Below are positions 51,493 through 64,000 of a stretch of 64,000 bases of DNA, one piece after another. Position numbers and translations under genes: made by a program. This DNA is from Octopus bimaculoides (Eukaryota). Numbering within the stretch: position 1 is the stretch's first letter; the number at the start of each line of letters is the position of its first letter. The notes under the pieces were generated by a model. The model had not been told where the DNA came from, searched no databases, and was given only the letters and a program-made list of their open reading frames with translations. The stretch lies in NCBI RefSeq assembly GCF_001194135.2, contig NC_068984.1, positions 132,251,248 to 132,315,247 on the forward strand, read 5' to 3'.

Positions 51493-52719
51493 CTGTGTGT
51501 GTTATATTCTGTATGAATGTATTTGTAATTACATATGCGCCTGACCTCTGCCTTACGTAAACTTTCGTGCGTGTTTGGCTTATGACGAACGTAAAGCATT
51601 CGTGTTTGCTCTGTGACGTCTACGTGTGCCCGCCCTGTACTGTGTGCAAATGTATGAGTGTATATTAATGCGTCCTAATGCACTGTATTTCTTTCTGGTT
51701 ACTGTTAATATTACACGCATGCACTTTCATGTTAGTGATTGATCATTATATACAATATCTATCACCATCTTCATCATTGCCAAGCGACTTTAATACTGCA
51801 GAGTATAGAAGTTGTTGATACTAACGTTTGTAATATATGTGTAACGCACACATTTGTGTGTGATTGATCAGATCTATGATCGGACAGCCTGTCCAAAGCT
51901 TACATTGCCAATATGTCCTTCCTTTTCTTAGCTGGCAGTTAGATTGGAGGTGGATTTGGCTACTATTTCTAGCATATCGAGCGACTGCGTAGGTGGCTCC
52001 CGCTTGGCTCGTTATCAGATAATTTGAAAATGTGTAGTGTTACTATCTACGTACTTGATGCTGTTTGATGTATTCATAATTTGATACACATTCTTAGAAA
52101 TATTTTTGTGATAGGGATGGTTACGGGCGTGCTGTAAAATATGTAAACTTGTTGGCTGGGCTAAGGGGCTACTTATTTATTGAGGCATTTTCATCATTCT
52201 ATAATTTCAGAACGGGGTGAGGCTGTGGTTAACAATTGTTTCAAAAGTTAGACTAACTACAAATATGTGTGCACTCCTCCACCACGTAACTTTCTGAAGA
52301 ATAGATGTTTTTTAACAAAATTTATTGGAGAAATGCGTTTCAGATGGTGTAGATTACGATTATATTGGAATCGGTCACACACTTTATCAAACATATTAGT
52401 TTTATTTTATTTTTTTTTCCCAAACATTTTATTAACAATATATTTTTTACGGGAAGAAAAGAAAGAAAAAAAATTTTAAAAGTATAAAAGATCAAATTAT
52501 CGAGAAAAATAAACCATAACTTCCTCACCAAGCAAACAGAAGAAAAAAGAGGGCGGGGGTTGAGCAGCAGAAGATGGAGTGGGGGGTAACAGGTTGTACA
52601 CCCTACACCAAATAGCGTGTTCACGGACAAAGACGTTGCCGCAGAGAATGGCCAGTGACACTTGCAACATCCACCCCACCTCACGGGGGCTCATTTCTCA
52701 GACGGGCCGCAATTATCTT

Positions 52720-53537
52720 NNNNNNNNNNNNNNNNNNNNNNNNNNNNNNNNNNNNNNNNNNNNNNNNNNNNNNNNNNNNNNNNNNNNNNNNNNNNNNNNN
52801 NNNNNNNNNNNNNNNNNNNNNNNNNNNNNNNNNNNNNNNNNNNNNNNNNNNNNNNNNNNNNNNNNNNNNNNNNNNNNNNNNNNNNNNNNNNNNNNNNNNN
52901 NNNNNNNNNNNNNNNNNNNNNNNNNNNNNNNNNNNNNNNNNNNNNNNNNNNNNNNNNNNNNNNNNNNNNNNNNNNNNNNNNNNNNNNNNNNNNNNNNNNN
53001 NNNNNNNNNNNNNNNNNNNNNNNNNNNNNNNNNNNNNNNNNNNNNNNNNNNNNNNNNNNNNNNNNNNNNNNNNNNNNNNNNNNNNNNNNNNNNNNNNNNN
53101 NNNNNNNNNNNNNNNNNNNNNNNNNNNNNNNNNNNNNNNNNNNNNNNNNNNNNNNNNNNNNNNNNNNNNNNNNNNNNNNNNNNNNNNNNNNNNNNNNNNN
53201 NNNNNNNNNNNNNNNNNNNNNNNNNNNNNNNNNNNNNNNNNNNNNNNNNNNNNNNNNNNNNNNNNNNNNNNNNNNNNNNNNNNNNNNNNNNNNNNNNNNN
53301 NNNNNNNNNNNNNNNNNNNNNNNNNNNNNNNNNNNNNNNNNNNNNNNNNNNNNNNNNNNNNNNNNNNNNNNNNNNNNNNNNNNNNNNNNNNNNNNNNNNN
53401 NNNNNNNNNNNNNNNNNNNNNNNNNNNNNNNNNNNNNNNNNNNNNNNNNNNNNNNNNNNNNNNNNNNNNNNNNNNNNNNNNNNNNNNNNNNNNNNNNNNN
53501 NNNNNNNNNNNNNNNNNNNNNNNNNNNNNNNNNNNNN
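52720..53537. other. Assembly gap (818 N); other gaps at 11764-11773, 13420-13461, 29471-29574, 31700-31709, 45442-45454, 63890-63899
   Basis: N runs; could hide exons. Confidence 0.99.
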
Positions 53538-53626
53538 GCTTATTGTGATGATGGTTTCTTGGAGGCCTTTTACTGTTTTGTCATCCACCTTACTGCGGCC
53601 GGTGGTTTAATGGCATAAAAGCCTCG

Positions 53627-53684
<58 letters not shown>

Positions 53685-55569
53685 CGGTTCCTTTAACTAT
53701 AATTAGTAATGTTGGGTCAATAATAAAAACCTTGGTAAATATTCAGATTAACACCCGCACGCTAAAACCCTAGTGAAAATCGTGCAGGTGTTAATCTGAA
53801 AATTTACCAAAACCTTATCGTCAACTCTCCACCATTGTCAGGATATCACAAGCAATAACAGAACTCTGTAGATGTGAAGATTTCTTCTAATAGTATATGT
53901 ACTGTATATAACGGCTGTTGAGTCCGTAATGTTTGTAAGATTGGTATATATTTAATGTGTGTGTGTGTATATACGCATATGTATATATGGCATATATATA
54001 TATAGACACGTGTGTGTTGCACATTTGTAACACTGAATATATACACGCAAACATTGGCAATTTTAACGTAAACGGCGTCGATTAGACTGAAACAGTAATA
54101 GGGAACGTGATGACAGCCAGGAAGTTGCATCATTTCGAAACTTATGTTGACTGTTACACTTCATTACAACTTTCGTCAGAATAGAAATTACATCACCATT
54201 CATTCTTCCAAAAAACTTTCTAATGAAAACCGTATTTTATTTACTTTTCGAATGAGCTACGTTCTTTAAAATATAAGTTAACTAAATGATGGTGCAAAAT
54301 GTAAAACATCTTCTATAATAACCTGTTTTTAAGCATTTATTCGTTTCTGTCATTCAAAATAGCCAAGTTATTTTTGTACATTTTCATTATTGCTGGTTTT
54401 ATTCGACACCACTCTAGGTAAAGAAACCCCACTACCATACACACACACACACAGAGTTTTTGGTTGTTCTTTGTTGCCGACGTCGACCCTCTTGAATCTG
54501 TTATCTTGGGGTGTGAGCACGTGCGCATGCAAAGCTGTTCGGGATCCACATGTTCTTGCTGTAAGATAATAGTGGCGGTTGCTGTATAATTTTGACACCC
54601 TTGGCTACGGTTGAGCGCTTGCCAAGTACGATCTATATAGAATGCGCGTGTGCTGATTCTCTGACAATATTTTAAACACTTGGTGAGTTGGTTGATCTCG
54701 TCAGTGCTTAGCGGCGGCAGGCAGGGCTGACTGACAACTGTCAGGACTCCTCCGGTTTGAGCTTTTGCTGACGTGATCAGAGAGAGAGAGAGAGAGGGGG
54801 GGGGTTGATATTGTGAGTGAGCAGTGTGAAGTAAATAGCTGCTGGTTCAACATAGCTGTCATTCCAGCATGTATTCAGCGGGCTGGTGCTACCCTTCCTC
54901 TCACCTTTACTGCCACCCCCACAAGCTCTGTTGCTTTCTTCTCCTCTTCTATTTCCATTGTTGTTGCTGTAGTTGTTTCGTGTAGAGTGGTGGCCGAGGT
55001 GGTGTGTTCGGCATTGACAGCTGAGAATGTCAATTGCCGTCCCATTGTCAACTGTCACATTCTCTGATAAACACTGTATTGTGTGTCTTTCTCACTCTGT
55101 GTATGTATGCATGTGCCATCTACTTACTACACCACCACCACTAACAGCAAAAGCTTTTCACCCAAATACCCGTCTGCTGTGTAAACAACACTTTGTGCAT
55201 TAAGCATAGCATTTCTTATTACCACTCAACCGTGTTGCTCTCCTTGCAGACGTATACAGTGTATTTATGTATGTTGTTCGCATTCCTTTTCACAAGATGT
55301 AATTTCTGTGGGACTCCATGTAACTACATAGGCCAATGTAGGACCCACAAGTCCTGTTGGACACCTGGTGTTCATTGTCTCACAAGATGTGTGTTGTTTT
55401 GTGTCGTCTCAAAGTGTTTGGTTCCATTGTAGATGATCCCTTTCCCTTTACGCTAGTTATTTACTGTTGATTCTTACATATTCGTGCCACATTAAAAAAA
55501 AATTTCCTTTAAATACGTCTTTGAACCACCTCCTTTGTTTTCTCCGTATAGGCTTTCTTTTATTCAACT

Positions 55570-56500
55570 GAGTTTAAAACAATCATGTGGCCAACTGATG
55601 GTACAGCATTTGCGCAACATGGTCAAGTCCATTGAAGTCAGTGTTGCTTAATTATGGTTTCCATGCAGGATATCTTGGCTTACTTGAGCATGCTAACAGT
55701 CCTATGTTCAGCCACTGATTATATATGATGATTTTCTTCAAACATCTCTAATGGTGTACTTCCAGGAGATGTTGCTTTTAACTAGTCTAGGTTTCAGGGC
55801 TGTATAGAGGAATGGATACAACAGTTACAATATACACCATAACTTTGGTTCTTCTTTGACAAAAAGTTGCATTGGCACATTTTTATCCTATGTTCGATTT
55901 CCTCATCAATATCTGTATTCTATAATAGGTAACTATCCAGATAATGGAAGTACTCTACATTTCCCATCACCAGTCTTTGTATCCAAATTACAGGATCAAA
56001 TTTTGTGTTTGTTGGGGCAAGATCTTTCTTCGGAGGTAGTCAAGCTCTTATGTATCAGAGGAAATTTCAGTAATTGGACTAAGTTCTTTTGCTGAAGTCA
56101 TATTAACTGTGGACCATCTGTGTATTGAAATTCAATTGCTGATATAGCTATAATCTTTTTTGACATGGCGTCTACCTGACTTGATCAGCTGGCCATCTGT
56201 GTGATATGAGGTCTGGATGCCAGGTGACAGTTTACTCATAGTGAACTCGAGCATAGATGAGACGAAGGTGAGAAAAGATTGGAGGGGCAGTTATGCGTTC
56301 TTGACATACTTCAATTCTTTCTCCAAACTGATCTAGTGTGAAAGGCTGGCACCACACTTTGGCTTTCATGTTATGTAGAAACCATATGATTGCCATGAAT
56401 ATTTATGAACAACCAAATTTGGTTAGCACTTTCCACAGAGCTTCAGGATTTAAGGTCAAAGGAAGCCATGCACAATGGTTTATGCTGCCTATAACATTTC
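55570..56500 (-). mobile_element. Decayed RTE/BovB-like RT fragment
   Basis: Frame-broken YHTDGQLIKSGR, VEYFHYLDSYL, DIDEEIEHRIK motifs. Confidence 0.65.
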
Positions 56501-56677
56501 TTCTGTATCTGGCCAACTACAGATCATATCACTATTTCCTTTGGAAAGTTTATATCCAGAATTGGATTCATAAAGGAGAGTCTCTAAGAGTGGAATGATT
56601 CAGTTAAATAAGATTTTAACCAGAATTTTTTCCCAGCAGGTTTGGCACAACCCGATCTCTCTCTCTCTTTCTCTCTT

Positions 56678-56736
<59 letters not shown>

Positions 56737-57615
56737 TGGTGATACTGATTGTTTCTGAAATCAGGTGGTCTCTTCTTGTGTCCAGATTAGCAGAAACAAA
56801 GCATGGAGCTTTCCTTTCTTTTTTTTGTTATTTGTATTTCACAAGCCTTCTGCTCCCAGTTGCCTTGCTTTTTAAAGAATTGATTGCATGTTTTGTTTTG
56901 TTTTGTTTTGTTTTTTGGGCAGTGCCAGAGGACTTGCTACTTCTAATTGTTTCAAATGCTTTCCTTCCTTTCCCAAAGTAGAGGAGGCAATAGCTATACA
57001 TTAAGCATGTCTTTCCTGCCATCACCAAAAGAAACATATCTGTTATGTACTAATGTGTATATCCAGAGAATGTATCGTTTATTCAGACAATGTATCTGGT
57101 GCTACATTCTATTTAGATAAATTCATTCAGCTGTACCTCTACCTTTACAAATAAAGTCTTTTAAGACCATGACTTCTAGTAGGATTTGAACTTATTGCTG
57201 TTAAAAGATTTGTTGTCAACTTTTTCTTAAAATTTCATTTGTCTGTGTCCATGATGTTAGTAATGTCTGAGACATTGTAATTATTGTTGGAGAGTGTTTC
57301 CAAATTTCTCTGTAGCTTTTCACTACATCACTCGCCTTTTCTCAAGTGGTGCCACAAAGGTCAGTAAGGGAGCTTCTTGTCACTTAACATGTTCGATGTA
57401 GCAACACACCAGCTTTAAGTATCTCTCCATCTTTCAAATGGAGGCCACACGTGTCGATTTATGAAATTAAGATAATGTCATGAAAATTTGACTCAAACTA
57501 ATTTTTTGGATAGTTTGAGCATCTTATATCTGACATAGTAACTGTGTTCTTCCCCTTACTCTAGTAGACAAAAGCAAGTAATATGCATTGCTCAAGTACC
57601 TAATTCTGAAACTAG

Positions 57616-57989
57616 TTACCTCCGATTTAGGGAAGGTTAGAGGTATTGTTTTCATTCGCATTTGTTTGTTTGTCCGTGGACAAGATGTTTCAAGAACCCA
57701 CTGGATGGATTCAGATGAAACTTTCAGGAATGTTTGGCCTCATGACTGGCACAAACTAATTAGATTTGGGGATCAATCCGGTACCGGACAAAGATTCTGG
57801 ATTGTTTTTCTGTGTTTTTTTGTTTTACCTAACTTTTGAGAGCAGTCGAGTTCATTTTTAGCATTCTCATTTGTGAGAGCAGTTGGGTTTATTTCAGATA
57901 TTCTCATTTTAAAAATCATTTCTGGCTAATCGTTGAGAGGACGTTGGTGTTGCCTTGGCTGAGGTTTATGCTCTCCGAGTGCTCTTGTT
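57616..57989 (+). mobile_element. Non-autonomous Helitron/Helentron-type (HINE/DINE-like) element
   Basis: 5' ttacctccg...gtttgtttgtcc, internal tccggtaccgga palindrome, 3' ccttggctgaggtttatgctctccgagtgctcttgtt; layout recalled from fish and invertebrate HINEs. Confidence 0.6.
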
Positions 57990-59598
57990 ACCATTACATT
58001 ACATACTTAAAAAATTATTTAGAAAAAAAAAAAACACTTGAAAAGTTTATGGATTCAGAACTGAAACTTTAACTGTATTAATATAACAAAGCCTATTTAG
58101 ACTCAATCAGAGAAATAAAGTAGAAATAACATGACTTGACTCAGTTCTGGATTTTAAAATAATTCTTTTCAGCTGTGACTATATTTATGTGTATGAGAGA
58201 GATCATCCAGAATGGCACTTGTAAGAGATGAATTTGAGTGGAATATTTCAGCAAGAAAATGTTTAAATGCTAAAGGGTTAGCATTTAAACTGGCCACCTC
58301 TGGCCAAAATATTCTACTTGTTTTATGTTCAAATTGACCAGATTTGGCCTCTTTTACCAACCTTAAAATATCATTCTTGAAATTAAGTTGCCTCATCAAA
58401 ATCTCAAAGCTACAAGACAATGCATGATTAATTCAAAACAGTGTGAATGTTAAAAGGTTAATAAATATAGATTACTACTATTAGTTTCACTCTTGAAGAT
58501 ACAGGTGTAAAAAGAGGTGAAGTAAAACTTTTCTTCCTCTGCAATAAAAAGGATTAAAGATTAAGATTTTCACTAGTCTGTTGTTGGATAAATTGAACTT
58601 TTTTTTTTACCTTTTTATGTAAGAAAAGTTCACAACAATAGGTTAAATTAAGTTTAATGTGCAAATACAAGTTTATTGTGATGACAGGCAATGCTTGTAC
58701 AGGCTTCACTGGGGCACCCTAATTTGTGCCCATAGTTTTGTTGTCTCTTCAATCTGTTCTATATATAAACTTGATAGGGTTAGAATTACTAGTAACCCCA
58801 TCAGTGCTGTCCTCCAGTTGTCACCTTTGCCTTTGTGACCCCCACCCCCCATCTAATTAGACTGACATAGCAGTGGTTAGAGGTAGTAGTGGCAGAAGGG
58901 GATCCATTAATGTATTGATTTATTTGTTTTTAGGGGTTGTGTTTAAATTGGACGCCTTTGGCCTCTTTACCCAACAAAAATAGACAGCTTGCCTGGCTAG
59001 CCTTGTTGTTTATAATTACTGTGGGCTATTTAAAATCCTGACCATGTGTACCTTTTAATGTGTGTTTCTGTGTTGTATATATATAGTGTGTAGGCACCTT
59101 AATTTAACATTGTGATTGCAGATGAATTTCATCATCATAAACTATTTTTCTGTGGTAACATGGGTTGCTTGGGTCTGCAAATGCAAAATTCTCTATTTGT
59201 TTTATCATATTTTCTCATCTCTGAGGCCTAATGTTTTCGGCTCTTACCTAACCACCACCTCCTAAGTTCTCCCTTATCTACCTCCAGCATGGGCACATTT
59301 TTGCCATCAATTCATACATAGTCATCTTTCCTGTTGGTGCAATGGTTCTCAACTAATTTTTCCCTATGGATCCCTTTGATGCCTATTATTGCTTTACAGG
59401 ACGTCCATAGCCATTTGATGTATAAAAAAAAATCTTACTGTATTTTTAAGGCGGTGCTCCAGCATGGCCACAGTCAAATGACTGAAATAAGTAAAAGAGT
59501 ATTAGGAATTGTGTAAAAAATTGAAATATTTTGTGGAAGTATAACCAATTTATTGTACATAAATTTTAACTGCAAAATCTTACACGTATCTTGGTTAA

Positions 59599-59815
59599 CC
59601 TTTCCATTACTGTATTTAGAGATGATCTGTGTTTTTTTCAACTACTTTAAATATAACAAAGAATTTAGTAAAATAACTTAGTTATCATTCAGCTAGAGTT
59701 AGGAACATAAATTGTGACTAAGGTTTGGTGGAAGATTTTAATTCAAGCACTTATGAAAACAAGACATTTGTTCTCAGAGCCAGAGCTGGTTTCAGCCAGG
59801 TTGGTAACGAAAGGG
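59599..59815. mobile_element. piggyBac-type MITE, second family
   Basis: TTAA|cctttccattac ... gtaacgaaaggg|TTAA. Confidence 0.65.
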
Positions 59816-60227
59816 TTAAGAACCACTGTGTTTAATATGTTTCTGTCATTGATCCCTAAATCAACTCTGATCAAGCAAACCGATGATCATGAGCATTCCA
59901 GCTGTGACCATCCTCATCAAATTTTATTTATTTATTTTTTTTTTTCCAGATATGATGCCTCTCAGTGTACATTATCTAATGTACCTTTCCTTCTTTACTT
60001 TTTGAAGATGGGGTGGTGGTGGTTTGACTTGAAGGTGATTTTGCTGCTGTCTTTAACAGCTATAAATAGATACCATTGTAGGTGCAGTTTACTGTCAACT
60101 TACTGTCCCCAACTGCGAAACTTCTTATGACTGTAATTTAGGGTAAGATGGGCATTGCCTATAGTTGATTGTTTATGAAGACAGGATCTTCAATGGAACC
60201 CATATGACTTAATGGCTTTGAGGTCTT

Positions 60228-60369
60228 TGGCTGTGTGGTAAGTAGCTTGCTTATCAACCACATGGTTACGGGTTCAGTCCCACTGTGTGGCACCTTGGGC
60301 AACCAAAGCCTTTTGAGTGGATTTGGTAGACAGAAACTGAAAGAAGCCTGTCGTATATATGTATGTATG

Positions 60370-60404
<35 letters not shown>

Positions 60405-60607
60405 TTGTGTGTCTGTGTTTGTCCCCCCAACATCGCTTGACAACCGATGCTGGTGTGTTTCCGTCCCCGTAACTTAGCGGTTCGGCAAAAGAGAAAGATA
60501 GAATAAGTACTAGGCTTACAAAGAATAAGTCCTGGAGTTGATTTGCTCGACTAAAAGGTGGTGCTCCAGCATGGCCGCAGTCAAATGACTGAAACAAGTA
60601 AAAGAGA
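60228..60607 (+). mobile_element. SINE family B
   Basis: Same sequence with a small internal deletion. Confidence 0.85.
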
Positions 60608-61239
60608 GTTACTGCATACTCAGTCAGTGGGTTGTATTTGTCATCTTATTCATATTTCTCCATGCAATCCTGTAAAAGTCAAGTGGCCAGGTATTGGGTA
60701 CAAATTAATAGCTTCAGTTCAGTTCCACTGTAGGTTTTGAGTGTTTGCTCAAGTACATTTAAATACTACATAGGTCTGTTCTTTCATTGTCAAGAATGGG
60801 CGTCAGATCTTTTGGTGGGTTCAACTACCTAAACAGGGATTTATCTTTCACTTACTTGACTTGATATCATGAAAATAGAGCTGGGCGCTGGCCCTTCATG
60901 GCTGATAGGGTAGGAATGAGACATTTTAGTACAGCTGTTTTGGCATCACTAATTCAATACTAACTTCACATTAGGTGTTTTGATGGTTTTCTTGTTCTCT
61001 CTCTCTGTGTTTGTAAGAGTGTATTTCTCTTTGTGTATTAGGGGAGGGAAAGTGTTTATGCCAATTGTATTCAATTAATAAATTGTAAGTCTCCCTCTCC
61101 CTCCCTCCCTCTTTCTTTCTCCCCCCTCTCTCTCTATTCATGAAGCATCTAGTTATGTTTGTATGTGTAATGTTTCTCTCCATCTCACGCTCTCTATCAG
61201 TACTTGTATATTTCTGTGCACGTGCATGTTTGCCTTCAG

Positions 61240-61372
61240 TGCCAAAAAATACTGTTGCCAAAACAGACCGAATGTCCAGTCAGCCATGCCCGGCCTGGGG
61301 CAGTTTACATTTCAACTTGTCCCTCCATCTTTTGATGAGGCCTATTACTTCTGTTCGTTACATCCAGAGAAT
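61240..61372 (+). CDS. Exon of an unidentified plus-strand gene (AKKYCCQNRPNVQSAMPGLGQFTFQLVPPSFDEAYYFCSLHPEN)
   Basis: gccttcag|T ... AAT|gtatgt, 133 nt, GC-richer than flanks, two open frames; gccATG at 61286; the FxFQLV...YYFC pattern resembles PH-domain beta6-beta7. Confidence 0.55.
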
Positions 61373-61464
61373 GTATGTTTATAGATGCGAGAACAGCTGT
61401 GTGCTATTGAAAGGATGCGTAGAGTATGTTTATTTTGTTGATGTTTTTGTATTATCTTCCACAA

Positions 61465-61675
61465 CTCTCCTCCATTGTCAGATGTAGGTATGGTGAGTCA
61501 TAGTTCTTCTCAATATCACCCCACCCTCACCAATAGAACTCTCATCTATTGTAAGGTGTAAGTATGGTGGTTCTAGAAGAACTTCTCTCAATATTTCTTC
61601 ACTGTTAACTGTCAGATACTCATCTATTTATAGGTATGGTAGCTCCACTGTTCCTCTTGATATCTTCTATACTTA
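61465..61675. repeat. Decayed ~75-bp tandem repeat x3
   Basis: Recurrent ctcatctatt...gtaggtatggt...cttctcaatat. Confidence 0.5.
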
Positions 61676-63596
61676 GCAGCAGTGGGAAGTGTGTGTGTGT
61701 GTGTGTATAAAGTATCAATTCAGTAGCACATGTAGTTTGTGTGTGTGTGTGTGTGTGTGGAATATACCAACCAACCAACCAACCACATGTAGTGTATGTG
61801 TAATGTATCAGCTTAGCAACACATGTAATCCGTGTATGTGTATGTTGTCAATTTGAAGTTGTTCTCCAGTAATAAGATCCAAAACTTGAGGAAAACAGCA
61901 TTTTGTACCTTGGCCAAAGAGCTCAGAGGAAGCTGCCTATTCTTGATTGCATTTGAACTCAACAACTGCAGAGTTGTCAAGGAAAACAAACCAGATTATT
62001 GTCTCTACACACATTTTGTTAATTAGCTCAATGTTCACATAGTTGACATTCCTCTAAACTGTGTTGAACAATAAATGTTGGACTTTTATCATATCTACCG
62101 TTTCATTGTAGATACTGATACACACATACTTTTACACATCTGAAGGGACACAAAGTCTATAGCCTTAGCATTCTCTACTTCACCTCCACCAGACTCTCGC
62201 AACTTTGAATAATTTAGTGTAGGTCATATAGTAGTTGTTGTTTAATCTCATGTTGGACTTACTTGAGCAGACCTATGATCAAAAATATTCTAGCTGTGAC
62301 TATTCGTTCTCCACCTCACCTTTTTTTTTCTTTTTTTTTTTTAAAGAGTTCTTGAAATGTGTCCATTCTGTTCTAAAACTGTAGGCTGTGATGTGAAGAT
62401 TGGGCTGCTATCCTTTTCAAGTCAAGCAACTATGTAGAGGCTCCTTTGTTGGTTTGTTTGTAGATGAAAGAAGGAAAATGTGAGCAAGGTGATACAGTTA
62501 TTGAAAGGAATGGTTCTGGACAAAACTAAAAGCAAAGGTTAAGAATGAGGCAGTCAGAGTGCTGAGAAGCGAGGTGGATGGTTCATATTTCACTTGGGTA
62601 AGAATAGTGTAGAATGGGATAGTTTTAGTGTAGTAGGCAACACATAAGCCACATAATTGTGCGTAAAGGTATGTGTGATCTGACAGCCCATTTATAGGTA
62701 TGTGGAGCATATGTGGTTTCATCCTAGCTACATATAATTTATATATTACTTGTTTATGTAGAATCATGCATAAAGACAATTAGACAGTAACTGAAAGTTC
62801 AGTCGAAATATCTCAATTTTATATAAGGGAAACATTGATAGTGACTTCAAAGTTTCTTCTTTTGCCAGCTTTACCAGACTATTGAAGCTGACACAATGTA
62901 TGTGTACAAATGCAAATTGCAGGAGTAACGAGGAATCTTTAATACAGTAATGATTTATATTATCAATAAATATTTTAGTACCTTTTCTAGATTAAGTTCA
63001 AGTCCTGTACATGTGTGTGCGGTGTGGGGAACTGACTACACAATATCTAATGAATTACTTCTTATCTGTAAACACACACTGTAGTTGAAATCTTCTTCTC
63101 TACAGAGTTTGATGCTCAACATGTCTTAGACTTCTACATGTTGTAACTTGTAAACTCTGTGTGCTGTAGCCCTATCATTGCTGTAATTGACAAGCTCATT
63201 TGTGATTTCTTCTACTAGTTTGTTTAATATGTTACTATCTGCTACTGCAGGGTAAATTTCTGTACTAAACACATAGCTAAACTAGCCACTGCCTCATATA
63301 TAGTATGAGTTTACATGATTTATTGTATTTGATGGCATAAAAGATGTCACTTTGTTGGCACATATTCAGGAATAGAAGTTTTTAATGCATTAAAGTATGT
63401 AATATAGGCCCAGTTTCGCATATAGAACCTGGAGTAATTTTTTTCAAGACATCAATTTAGAAAAAAAAGTGTCTTATGTGCCATCAAATATGGTTCTAGG
63501 ATTCTTTGGCTACAAGTTGGCCCTTATTATGCAGACTTATGATCAAAGCTATTCCAACCTTGACTATTGTCTTTACACAGGTATATGTACCCAGAG

Positions 63597-63889
63597 GAGG
63601 TGCAATGGCCCAGTGGTTAGGGCAGCGGACTCGTGGTCATAGGATCGCAGTACACCTAAAGCTCCACGAGGCTCCGGCAGGAGATGGTGGCGAACCCTGC
63701 TGTACTCTTTCACCACAACTTTCTCTCCCTGTTTCTTCCTGTTTCTCTTGTACCTGTATTTCAAAGGGTCAGCCTTGTCACACTGTGTCATGCTGAATCT
63801 CCCCGAGAACTATGTTAAGGGTACACGTGTCTGTGGAGTGCTCAGCCACTTGCACGTTAATGTCACGAGCAGGCTGTTCCGTTGATCAG
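63597..63889 (+). mobile_element. SINE family D with B-box region deleted
   Basis: Matches the reverse complement of 37007-37378 except for an internal deletion. Confidence 0.8.
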
Positions 63890-64000
63890 NNNNNNNNNNA
63901 TTGCAGTACACCTAAAGTTCCATGAGGCTCCGGCAGGAGATGGTGGCGAACCCTGCTGTACTCTTTAACCACAACTTTCTCTCACTCTTACTTCCTGTTT

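Noticed and set aside
52560-52719. HDV-like ribozyme (GGCAAC...GCUA on the minus strand)
   Set aside because: I could not find P1/P2/P3 pairings
52579-53618. Longest ORFs in the track (291-343 aa); also 8036-8791
   Set aside because: They span N-gaps and microsatellites
62464-62488. Micro-exon MKEGKCEQ after exon 61240-61372
   Set aside because: Weak donor and a nearby stop; nothing distinguishes it from chance
63900-64000. Second SINE-D copy with the same deletion
   Set aside because: It follows a 10-N gap and is probably the other haplotype; cannot be called a real duplication

Overview
This is eukaryotic, AT-rich, microsatellite- and SINE-dense draft-assembly DNA with 8 N-gaps. The repeat families look like those of Octopus (coleoid cephalopod), judged from memory. 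The main gene is on the minus strand and is a THADA/Trm732-family gene. I reconstructed 17 coding exons by hand (ATG at 25678 down to 383): all are GT-AG and phase-consistent, giving 2710 nt or 903 codons, and the gene runs off the left edge. Its probable 5' exon lies about 20.6 kb upstream (donor at 46269), in a CpG-retaining zone. That zone also holds the likely start of a divergent plus-strand gene, of which one good exon (61240-61372) is visible but unidentified. The remainder is RTE-type LINE remnants, at least three tRNA-derived SINE families, hAT/piggyBac/Tc1-mariner MITEs, a deleted mariner, a Helentron-type element and tandem repeats. I found no rRNA, tRNA or CRISPR, and most ORF-track entries are repeat or gap artefacts. 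The most interesting unexplained signals are a branched structured-RNA candidate (41948-42135), a pre-miRNA-like hairpin (53732-53810), several long fold-backs plus recursive-splice motifs in the THADA pre-mRNA, an intronic CpG island, and a small antisense ORF carrying an eIF4E-binding-like motif. All homology calls come from recalled sequences, not database searches.
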